Source: Candidatus Woesearchaeota archaeon (lineage in GTDB: Archaea; Nanobdellota; Nanobdellia; Pacearchaeales; GW2011-AR1). Taken from it: a DNA stretch of 47,380 bases. Location: the NCBI GenBank assembly GCA_964581415.1, contig CAZOOJ010000024.1, forward strand, positions 1-47,380, given 5' to 3'. The first letter of the stretch is position 1, and each line of letters begins with the position of its first letter. Under the pieces are notes generated by a model that saw nothing but the letters and a program-made list of their open reading frames with translations, made no database searches and was not told where the DNA came from. Shown here piece after piece: positions 16,389 to 24,376 of this stretch. The position numbers and the translations under genes are program-made.

Positions 16389-17789
16389 TTATTCTCCTAA
16401 ACTCGAAACAAACCAAACTGTTGAAGTTTTATTTCCTGCAACTTCCTGACTTGGAATTTCTATTTTTAAATCAATTTCAGCTACGTCTCTTGAATCGCTC
16501 CAATTTAATTTTGCTATAGCAAATGAAGTTATTGAAAGCAGATCGCTCCAGGAAGTATTGCTCCATTTCCAAACAAAAGCTCCTTCTTCTCCAGTTTTAT
16601 TATCTATCTTGTATTGATAATATTGTGAAGGATTAGGTTCGCTTATCCATAAATCGCTTGCATTTATAGTTGTGTTTACCAGACAATTTCCGTCATTTTG
16701 TAATTCAAAAGGTCCTGGATTATCATTATCTGTTGAATTAGTTCCATTTATCATTTCTCCAAAATCTATAAAGTCGACAAGAAGAGAAGTTGAAATGCAG
16801 GAAATGATTTTTAATCTTCTAACAGGAAGTGCCCAATTCCCATATTCTTCACTATCATTTGCTCTTACAGTCCAGTTATAATAATACTGGTTATCCCACA
16901 GATATTTCAGAGATTCTGTAAGAGTTTTATTATCTTTTGTCAGAGCCTTAAAATTCCTATCGTCACTAGAGCAGGTGCCTCCAGCATTATGATAACAGGA
17001 GATATTCAGTTCATAAGTAATAGTATCTCCGTCTGCATCTGTTCCTGTCCAGTTAAATTTAGGAGTTCTGTTTGTTGTTGAAGTATCATCTAATGGAAAA
17101 TTCAAAGAAACTTCTGGAGGCTTGTTTAATATTTTCAAAGAAGAAGAATTAGTCCAATCTTCTTCATAATCTGTTCCATCATAAGCTTTTACTGAACAAG
17201 TCCAATTTTGATATTTTGTGGTGTTTGCTGAATTCAAAGTTGAAATCAATGTCAAAGTATTTCTGCTAAAAGGGCCATATTGTCCTGAAAATACAGAAGA
17301 AGTATCATTATACCAAGTAAAATTAGCATAAACATTAGTATCATCCAAATCAGTAATGTTCACATAGCACTGCAAATTCTCATCTGTATAATTATTTCCT
17401 AAAGTAGAATTAATTTTAACAAGGAGAGTGCTTGGAAGAAGATTAGAACCTATTGACTCTACACTATAATTTAAAACTCTTGGAGAAACTTGCGTATCAT
17501 TCGTTTCTAATAAAAATTTATATTGAATAAAATTGATTATTGAGGAAGTTCTTATTGAAATCATATCTTTAATTAAACCTCCTTTCTGCCATTCTCCCCA
17601 ATTAACATAACCAAGTTCATAATTGCTTTTTACTTCATCAGAAGAAAGACTTTGGTTATAAATTCTCACTTCATCTATTGCTCCATTATGAAAAGCATCA
17701 TCTTTTCCTCCTATAGACAATGCATTTATGCTTATTAGAAATATAAAGAAAAAAATTAAAATTACAAAGATAATGCTTCCTCTTTTCAT
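16389..17789 (-). CDS. Secreted, N-glycosylation-sequon-rich surface protein carrying only the terminal strand motif of a LamG (Laminin_G_3) domain
   Basis: 466-aa ORF. Signal MKRGSIIFVILIFFFIFLISINA. It is followed immediately by AFHNGAIDEVRIYNQSLSSDEVKSNY, the C-terminal LamG consensus. I count 25 N-x-S/T sequons. It also has an FNWTGTDADGDTITYEL type repeat. Confidence 0.75.
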   Translation of the reverse strand: MKRGSIIFVILIFFFIFLISINALSIGGKDDAFHNGAIDEVRIYNQSLSSDEVKSNYELGYVNWGEWQKGGLIKDMISIRTSSIINFIQYKFLLETNDTQVSPRVLNYSVESIGSNLLPSTLLVKINSTLGNNYTDENLQCYVNITDLDDTNVYANFTWYNDTSSVFSGQYGPFSRNTLTLISTLNSANTTKYQNWTCSVKAYDGTDYEEDWTNSSSLKILNKPPEVSLNFPLDDTSTTNRTPKFNWTGTDADGDTITYELNISCYHNAGGTCSSDDRNFKALTKDNKTLTESLKYLWDNQYYYNWTVRANDSEEYGNWALPVRRLKIISCISTSLLVDFIDFGEMINGTNSTDNDNPGPFELQNDGNCLVNTTINASDLWISEPNPSQYYQYKIDNKTGEEGAFVWKWSNTSWSDLLSITSFAIAKLNWSDSRDVAEIDLKIEIPSQEVAGNKTSTVWFVSSLGE

Positions 17790-17956
17790 TAAAAGAATAG
17801 ATTATTAAGATTTATTAAATTTTAGGATTTAAAACTTTAGTAAATTTCCATAAAAATTTTTTAAATTTTCAATTATTAATGAGTTTTTTAAAAATTTTAT
17901 CAAACTTTTAATACAGAAATTTATATATAATATTCTTCCATCTTTTAGAAGTTGAA

Positions 17957-18439
17957 ATGAAAAGCTTATCAAAATTAATAGCGATACCTGCAATAACAAT
18001 ATTATTTGGTATAAGTTGCTCAGAAGTTACAAAAAATAACAAAATAACTTTAGAAGTTAGAAACAAAGAAATAGAATATATTAATCTAAAAAATAAAATT
18101 ACAGAAAATAAAAAAGAAGATTATACTCTTTTAAAAGGAAAGATATTAGAATGTAAAAATAAGAATTATGTAACTAGAATAGCAGACAGAAATTTAGATG
18201 GAAGAACAGATAATTATGAGATAAGAAATACAAATGGAGAAATAATTTTAAGTTATTTTAGAGATTTTAGAAAAAATAAAATTTATTCTAAATGTATCTT
18301 TTTTGGAAAAATTTTAGATGGAAGAGATATAGAATTAGAAGACAATAAATTAGAGCAGTTTAATTATATACTTAAAAATCCTAAAAAATATGGATTTGAA
18401 AAAATTTCAGAAATTAAAAATAATTTAAAAAATTTCTAA
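17957..18439 (+). CDS. Putative lipoprotein/secreted protein, unknown function
   Basis: 160-aa ORF. N-terminal LIAIPAITILFGISC resembles a signal peptide with a lipobox-like Cys. Confidence 0.5.
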   Translation: MKSLSKLIAIPAITILFGISCSEVTKNNKITLEVRNKEIEYINLKNKITENKKEDYTLLKGKILECKNKNYVTRIADRNLDGRTDNYEIRNTNGEIILSYFRDFRKNKIYSKCIFFGKILDGRDIELEDNKLEQFNYILKNPKKYGFEKISEIKNNLKNF

Positions 18440-18478
18440 TATAGATTCTATTCCCATTTTTAGAATTTTATAAAATTA

Positions 18479-18754
18479 TTATGCTGTTTGAGTTTGTTCA
18501 GTTTGTGGAGATTGTTGCTGTAGACACTCAACTGCAATCAACTCAATTGTTTGATTTCCAAAAGTCAATGGAACAACATTGCAGCTTGCAGCTTCCTGCA
18601 TTATCTGTGCTATTGCAGCAGCATATCCTTGATTTCCAGCACTAACTGCATAATTAGTAACGCTCGGCTTGATAACTAAAAAGTAAAGAATCACCACTAA
18701 TAATATAGCAATAACAGCCAATAAAATTCCTATCAATAAGTTGTTTTTTTTCAT
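18479..18754 (-). CDS. Small N-terminally anchored protein, unknown function
   Basis: 91-aa ORF. TM LLIGILLAVIAILLVVILYFLVI. Two Cys and a Q/T-rich tail. The sequence is visibly less AT-rich than its surroundings. Confidence 0.5.
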   Translation of the reverse strand: MKKNNLLIGILLAVIAILLVVILYFLVIKPSVTNYAVSAGNQGYAAAIAQIMQEAASCNVVPLTFGNQTIELIAVECLQQQSPQTEQTQTA

Positions 18755-19009
18755 TTTATTTATTTATATCAGATTAAACAAGTTTTTAAATATTTCTTTT
18801 AAAAATTACTCAATATTTAAATTATCAATAAAAAAATAAGATTTAAAGAATATTAAAGAACTCATTAATATAGATTCACTAATAAACTTTCTCTATCATT
18901 AAAATATATCAACTCTTTATTAGATTAGAGTATCTTTTTCAAAAAGATTCACAAAAATAAAAAAGTATATATAACGAAAATTACAAATTATAATAAAGAA
19001 AATAAGAAG

Positions 19010-19462
19010 ATGAAACTTGAAAAATACAGAAAAAAAAGAAATCTTAAGAAATCAGGAGAACCAAAAGCAGAAAAAAAAATTTCTAGAGGCAAAAAAATTT
19101 TTGTAATACAAAAGCATTATGCTTCTCATTTGCATTATGATTTAAGATTGGAGATTAATGGAGTTTTAAAATCATGGGCGATTCCAAAAATTCCTCCTAA
19201 AACAAAAGAAACAAAAAGACTCGCAATTTCAGTTGAAGACCATCCTATAAACTATGCAAAATTTGAAGGAGAGATTCCAAAAGGAAATTATGGAGCAGGA
19301 AAAGTTGAAATTTGGGATAAGGGAACTTATGAATTAATTGAAAAAAGTCCAGAAAAAATTGAATTTGAGCTTAATGGAAAAATTCTAAAAGGAAAATATG
19401 TCTTGATAAAAACAAAATACGGAAAAAAACCTGAGAAGAGCTGGTTGTTTTTTAAAATTTAA
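19010..19462 (+). CDS. Stand-alone LigD-type 3'-phosphoesterase (PE) domain protein
   Basis: HYASHLHYDLRLE, GVLKSWAIPK, ISVEDHPINYAKFEGEIPKGNYGAGKVEIWDKGTYE and GKYVLIKT match the conserved LigD PE domain motifs. Confidence 0.85.
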   Translation: MKLEKYRKKRNLKKSGEPKAEKKISRGKKIFVIQKHYASHLHYDLRLEINGVLKSWAIPKIPPKTKETKRLAISVEDHPINYAKFEGEIPKGNYGAGKVEIWDKGTYELIEKSPEKIEFELNGKILKGKYVLIKTKYGKKPEKSWLFFKI

Positions 19463-19502
19463 AATAATTAAAAAATTAAATACAAAATAATTCCTAATAA
19501 AA

Positions 19503-20228
19503 ATGAGAAAAGTAAAGATTACAATTGCACAAATTCCTAAACAAAAGAATCTATCAGAAATTAAGAGAATTATAGAAAAAAAGAAAAATTCTAATCTTAT
19601 AATTTTTCCAGAATCTACTCTATCTGTGAATTCATCCAAGTTTATTAAAAAACTTCAGGAAATATTAACTTTTTATTCAACTAATATAATAATAGGAATC
19701 ATATATAAAAAAGGAAAAAAATTATATGATTATGCATACTATATCTCTCCAAAAAAAATTGAGAAATATCAAAAAATACATATTCACTGGACTGAAAAAT
19801 TTATTCCTGGAAAAAAATTCAAAGTGATTAAAACTCCATTTGGAAAAGTTGGTTTGTTGATTTGTTACGATTCTTCATTTCAAGAATCTGGAAGAGTTTT
19901 AGCTTTAAAAGGAGCTGAAATAATTGTAATTATTAATAAAATTTCTGCTTCTTTTCCTTATAAAATAAGTTTAGAGAGATCTCAGTCTATAGCACTAAAT
20001 AATCAGGTTTATGTAATTAACAGTTGCAAACCCGGAAGAAAATTCACAGGACATGGAACAATATTTAATCCCTATGGTAAAAAAATAATAGAGTTAGGAA
20101 AGTATAAATCAATAATAACTAAAACAATTAATTTGGATGTTCTTAATAAATGGAGAAAAAAAGAAAAAATATTTCCTTACAGAAAACCAAAATTCTACAA
20201 AATTATCTCTTCTGATAAATTTTCCTAA
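19503..20228 (+). CDS. Carbon-nitrogen hydrolase (nitrilase superfamily)
   Basis: Candidate Glu-Lys-Cys triad contexts: IFPEST, YQKIHI, GLLICYDSSFQE. Confidence 0.75.
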   Translation: MRKVKITIAQIPKQKNLSEIKRIIEKKKNSNLIIFPESTLSVNSSKFIKKLQEILTFYSTNIIIGIIYKKGKKLYDYAYYISPKKIEKYQKIHIHWTEKFIPGKKFKVIKTPFGKVGLLICYDSSFQESGRVLALKGAEIIVIINKISASFPYKISLERSQSIALNNQVYVINSCKPGRKFTGHGTIFNPYGKKIIELGKYKSIITKTINLDVLNKWRKKEKIFPYRKPKFYKIISSDKFS

Positions 20229-20232
20229 ATTC

Positions 20233-20414
20233 GGCTTTGGGAAATTCCTTAAAAGAAGACAGATAATTCCAATTATTAATGATTAACTATAAATCATTTC
20301 ATAGATTATAGAAGTAATTTCTCTATTAATTAATTTCTTAGGAATTATATCCCTCAAATATAGTAATTATTATTAAATAAAATTTTAGAAAAAATATATA
20401 ATTTTCTCAAAGCC
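20233..20414. repeat. MITE-like intergenic repeat, copy C (best preserved termini)
   Basis: GGCTTTGGGAAATTCC ... AATTTTCTCAAAGCC. The termini can pair over about 12 bp. CTAAATT is found on both flanks (20225..20231 and 20415..20421). It fills the gap between two convergent genes. Confidence 0.7.
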
Positions 20415-20436
20415 CTAAATTATATCTAAATTATCA

Positions 20437-21321
20437 TCAATCTTTTTCACTTTTCCATTCCTCTAAATCAGGAATTTTAGAAAGGTCCATTCCCCTCGCT
20501 TTCATATATCCTTTTGCAAGAAGATAAAAAATCAATTCTAAACTTTTCTCACTTTTATTATTTCCAATTATAATCTTATCTGCTCCTTTTGAAAAATTAT
20601 TTGTGTCGCAAATCATTAAAACTTTTTTATTTACTTTTAAAGTATCTTGAAGGGCATTTTTATCAATCCATTGGTCTGTTATTATTGTTAATTCATTTTC
20701 AAAAAAGTCAGGCAGAAGAGTATTTGTTAGAATTCCTGCAGGATATTTTTTTGTAAAAATTCTTATTCCTGTAAGTTCTCCAAATTTTTCTACAGCTTTC
20801 CATCCTGCATCTCTTTTACATACTAGAATAACTTCTTCTGGACTAAATTTTGATAAATATTCAATTCCTTCTTTTAATTTTTCATCAATTATATCTGTAT
20901 TAAAAATTGCCAAGCCGTCTGCTCTTCTTCTATAAACAAAAGGTTTCATATTTGGTGTTACAGCTCTTGTTCCCAAATATATTCCTGATTTAACATATTC
21001 ATCTAAAGGAACGAGCATTTCTGTTTTCTTTTTTCCTTTAACTTTTTCTTTAAGTTCTTTTGTTTTAGGCTCTTTTTCTTTAAGTTTTTCTTTAAGTTTT
21101 TCAGCTTTTTCAAGAAGTTCTTTCTTTTTCTTTTCAATTTCGTCTTTTGTTTTTCCTTCTATAGACTCTTTTTCAGCTTTTTCAGAAATTTTCTTTGAAC
21201 TTTCCTTTTCTTCTTTTTCTTTAGTATCTTCTCCAAACTCTTCCACAATTTCTTCTCCAAATTCTTTTATTTCTTCTTCTCCTTTCTTCACATTTTCTTT
21301 AATATCTTTTATAATATCCAT
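20437..21321 (-). CDS. rps2: Ribosomal protein uS2 with a 101-aa K/E-rich N-terminal extension
   Basis: The conserved core starts at Met102: MLVPLDEYVKSGIYLGTRAVTPNMKPFVYRRRADGLAIFN. The upstream 101 codons are open and in frame. Confidence 0.85.
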   Translation of the reverse strand: MDIIKDIKENVKKGEEEIKEFGEEIVEEFGEDTKEKEEKESSKKISEKAEKESIEGKTKDEIEKKKKELLEKAEKLKEKLKEKEPKTKELKEKVKGKKKTEMLVPLDEYVKSGIYLGTRAVTPNMKPFVYRRRADGLAIFNTDIIDEKLKEGIEYLSKFSPEEVILVCKRDAGWKAVEKFGELTGIRIFTKKYPAGILTNTLLPDFFENELTIITDQWIDKNALQDTLKVNKKVLMICDTNNFSKGADKIIIGNNKSEKSLELIFYLLAKGYMKARGMDLSKIPDLEEWKSEKD

Positions 21322-21565
21322 AGAAATTTAGAGAGAAATTGGTTTAAAAAAGTTTGCTCTAATTTATATTGTTACCTAGGAGGCTGGTAATTGACTAAAA
21401 AATTTATTATGAAAATAAACTCTGATTGAGTTTTATCAAGAGAATCTGATATAAGTTTAAGACATATCAAAATTATAAACAGCAAACTATAAAATTAAAA
21501 AAACACAATTTTACATAAAATTTTTCCTTTAGAGAAAATTATCAATAAACTTCCAGATTTTCATT

Positions 21566-22732
21566 TTAAATTTTTTTTAAACTTCTTTCAATCTCAATCA
21601 ATCTCTTTAATTTTGCTTCTCGCTCTTTTCCATCAATTCCACATTTAAAGAAATCTGCCTGAAAACCAAAAGCTAAATCTGCTAAAATGTTCTCTTCTGT
21701 TTCACCACTTCTATGAGAAAAAATTGTTTTTATATTATTTTTTTTAGCAATTTCACAGACATTTTTAACTTCTAATAAACTTCCGCACTGATTAGGCTTT
21801 ATTATTATCGCATTTAGACTCTTCATTTTAATTGCTTTTTCAAGTCTTTTAGAATCTGTGACTGTCAAATCATCTCCAATTATTAATCTATTCTGAAAAT
21901 TTTTTAAAAGCTCTGCAAAACTCTCAAAATCTTCCTCAGAAAAGGGGTCTTCAATATAAAAAAGATTATAATTTTTAATCAGATTGGAAAGATAACTTAA
22001 CTGATCTTCTTTATTTCTTTTTAATGAAGGATTTTTATAATTATAATTTTTTCTTTTATAAAAACTAGAAGCAGCAACATCTGTTCCTAGAGGAATTTTT
22101 ATTTTTTTTAGAATATCTAAAACCTCTTTCTCATTTAAACTCGTCTGCCAGGCATTTTCATCATTCTTTTTATCTTCAAAATTCTTATCTATTTCTCTTA
22201 AATCGCTTTTGATTATTTGTTTTATCTTTTTATTTTTTTCAAAATTTTCTTTTAATGTTTTTTTATTTGGAATTAGCAAAAATTCTTGAAAATCAGGTTT
22301 TTTAATAATTTCAGAATGTTTTCCACCTCCTATACAATTTCCAACAAGTCTTGGAAATTTTGTCGCTTTATTTTTTTCATTTATTATCTCCCAGATTTCT
22401 TTTTTTTGTTCTTTAGCTATTGCTTTTAAACTTGCACTTTCCAATGCAAAAAGAGAATTCGCTCCAATATGTCCTTCTACAGTATCCTCTATTCTCCTTA
22501 AATCTTCAAAGTTTTCAATAGACTCCTTTGAAAAGTAACCTGAAAATTTTTTTAAAGTCTTTATATCTCCTTCAAGATTTTTTTTGTAAATTTTTTTTGC
22601 AAACTTTCCGACAGATTTTCCATTAGGAGAAGAAGCAGAAAAATTTCCAACATTAGTCTTTATAGAAATCGAAATTGTTTTCTCATTTCTTGAATCAAAA
22701 ATCTCCTTTGCAAACACTTCTTTTATAATCAT
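21566..22732 (-). CDS. eno: Enolase (divergent, short)
   Basis: EIFDSRNEKTISI, GGGKHS, QEFLLIP, DVAASSFY, IEDPFSEED, IGDDLTVT, IIKPNQCGSL, SHRSGETEE. ATG at 22732 is preferred over the upstream TTG at 22750. Confidence 0.8.
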   Translation of the reverse strand: MIIKEVFAKEIFDSRNEKTISISIKTNVGNFSASSPNGKSVGKFAKKIYKKNLEGDIKTLKKFSGYFSKESIENFEDLRRIEDTVEGHIGANSLFALESASLKAIAKEQKKEIWEIINEKNKATKFPRLVGNCIGGGKHSEIIKKPDFQEFLLIPNKKTLKENFEKNKKIKQIIKSDLREIDKNFEDKKNDENAWQTSLNEKEVLDILKKIKIPLGTDVAASSFYKRKNYNYKNPSLKRNKEDQLSYLSNLIKNYNLFYIEDPFSEEDFESFAELLKNFQNRLIIGDDLTVTDSKRLEKAIKMKSLNAIIIKPNQCGSLLEVKNVCEIAKKNNIKTIFSHRSGETEENILADLAFGFQADFFKCGIDGKEREAKLKRLIEIERSLKKI

Positions 22733-22862
22733 AAACTCTAAAAGCAGCAAAGGTTTTTAAATTTAAACTTTATCAACTTCATCGTGATGTTTATATCTCT
22801 CAATTATTACAACTTTTCTTTTTTCATTTATTGAATAAACAAGAATCTAATTTCCAATATTT

Positions 22863-23252
22863 TTATTCTTCTCCTTCTTCTTCACTCTCTTCCTCTGATT
22901 CATCTTCTGGATTTGCTAAAGCCATAATTTCTCCTTCTTTTGAGATTTCGCTCTCTTCTTCACTCTCCATAACTCCTTTTTTTGCTTCACTAACTTTTGC
23001 TTCTTTTTCTTCTTTTACTTCTTTTGCTTTTTTTAACTCTTCTTCTTTTTTTATTGGAAAAGGTTTTTTTACTGAAATAGGAAGAATTCCTGATTCTAAT
23101 TCAATTTCTGCAATTTTTAAAGCATCGTAATTTATTCTTTCTAAATCTTCCTCAGAAATTTTAATTAATAGAGGAGCATTCATTGAAATTTGTAAAGCCC
23201 TCGCTCCTAAAATTCTTGCTTTTTCATATCTTGTAAAGTCTTCTTTCATCAT
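22863..23252 (-). CDS. rpoK: RNA polymerase subunit Rpo6/RpoK with a long charged C-terminal tail
   Basis: Core FTRYEKARILGARALQISMNAPLLI ... ELESGILPISV. The tail is KKEEELKKAKEVKEEKEAK...EDESEEESEEEGEE. I place the start at Met34 of the track ORF to avoid a 77-nt overlap with the upstream ORF. Confidence 0.8.
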   Translation of the reverse strand: MMKEDFTRYEKARILGARALQISMNAPLLIKISEEDLERINYDALKIAEIELESGILPISVKKPFPIKKEEELKKAKEVKEEKEAKVSEAKKGVMESEEESEISKEGEIMALANPEDESEEESEEEGEE

Positions 23253-23274
23253 TTTTAAAAATTGTCTGATTTCC

Positions 23275-23508
23275 TCATTTAAATATGTATTCTCCAACCA
23301 TTTTTTCCAACTTCTTAGAAATGTTCTCAAGGCAAAGTTTTCCTTCTTCACTCACTTTCTCAAAATGATTACTAATTGATTTTTCCATTGTACTGTATTT
23401 CCTCCAAAATTCTGAAGATTTGTAAGTTTTCCCTAGATTCTCAAATTTTTCTTCTAAAAATCTTAAATATATTCCTTCTTCTGATTCTGAATATCTTTGC
23501 TCCAACAT
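23275..23508 (-). CDS. Hypothetical 77-aa helical protein between rrp42 and rpoK
   Basis: The ORF exactly fills the rrp42-rpoK gap. TAAAATG junction with rrp42. It has a single Cys (no CxxC pair), so it is not L37Ae or RpoP. Confidence 0.45.
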   Translation of the reverse strand: MLEQRYSESEEGIYLRFLEEKFENLGKTYKSSEFWRKYSTMEKSISNHFEKVSEEGKLCLENISKKLEKMVGEYIFK

Positions 23509-23509
23509 T

Positions 23510-24319
23510 TTATTTTAGATATTTTTCAATTTTTTTAGAGATATCTTTCCATATTTTCTGAGATAAATCTAAAGCTCTTTCAAACTCTTCAGATTTTAAA
23601 ACTCCTTCTTTTCCTTTTTGAATAGAAGAAATAACTCCATTGTAACTTCCTGTTGTTAATCTGACTTCACTAACATCTTCTTCTTCCACTGTAGGGTCTA
23701 CAAATAGGCTGTTTCCTATTTTATGAATAGTCAAAGAAATTGGTAGTTCTTTAGACAAAGGAATTTTCTTATCAGATAACTCACCATATAACACTTTTTC
23801 TTCTTTTTTGTCATATTCTGGAATTCGGGAATTTTTTAAAGCTACTAATGCGCCTATTCCTGCAGCATCAAAAAGATTTCCAGCATCGTTTATAGGATAT
23901 ATGTCTATAAAAATATTCCAAACCTTTTTTCCTTTTTCTATACACAATTTTTCAAGTTCAATAAATTTGCTTTCTCTTATAACTCTATCAGTGACTCTCG
24001 CTAACTCAATAGCAGGAAATTTTGGAGGGCCGTTTTCAAATCTTGGTGAGCTTAATGGAAGTAATTCTGCAGTCACCATAAGATTTCCCTTATCAGAAGA
24101 ATCAGAATAAGGTTCTACAATATCCATCTTAACTCCTACTAAAACTTCTGTTTTTCCTATTTTAACTCTTGCACTTCCTTCTGCATTTTTTGAAATTCCT
24201 GTTTCGATTTCTATTTCTCTAAATTCATCTGGCTTTCTTCCGTCAAATCTTTTTCCTTCTTCTAAATATCTTCTAATTCTTTCTTTTGTCACATCTGAAG
24301 TTATTTGAATATTACTCAT
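23510..24319 (-). CDS. rrp42: Exosome complex component Rrp42 (RNase PH-like, inactive subunit)
   Basis: RFDGRKPDEFREIEIETGISKNAEGSARVKIGKTEVLVGVK. Position immediately downstream of rrp41. Confidence 0.85.
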   Translation of the reverse strand: MSNIQITSDVTKERIRRYLEEGKRFDGRKPDEFREIEIETGISKNAEGSARVKIGKTEVLVGVKMDIVEPYSDSSDKGNLMVTAELLPLSSPRFENGPPKFPAIELARVTDRVIRESKFIELEKLCIEKGKKVWNIFIDIYPINDAGNLFDAAGIGALVALKNSRIPEYDKKEEKVLYGELSDKKIPLSKELPISLTIHKIGNSLFVDPTVEEEDVSEVRLTTGSYNGVISSIQKGKEGVLKSEEFERALDLSQKIWKDISKKIEKYLK

Positions 24320-24376
24320 TTTAATTAATTCCCAGAATTATCCTCCATTTCAGAATAAAAAGTCTTTTTAATTATT

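Noticed and set aside
22831-23130. Ser-rich 99-aa plus-strand ORF
   Set aside because: It is antisense to the K/E-rich tail of rpoK. The complement of gaa/aaa-rich coding DNA gives a stop-poor Ser/Phe-rich frame. There is no independent support.
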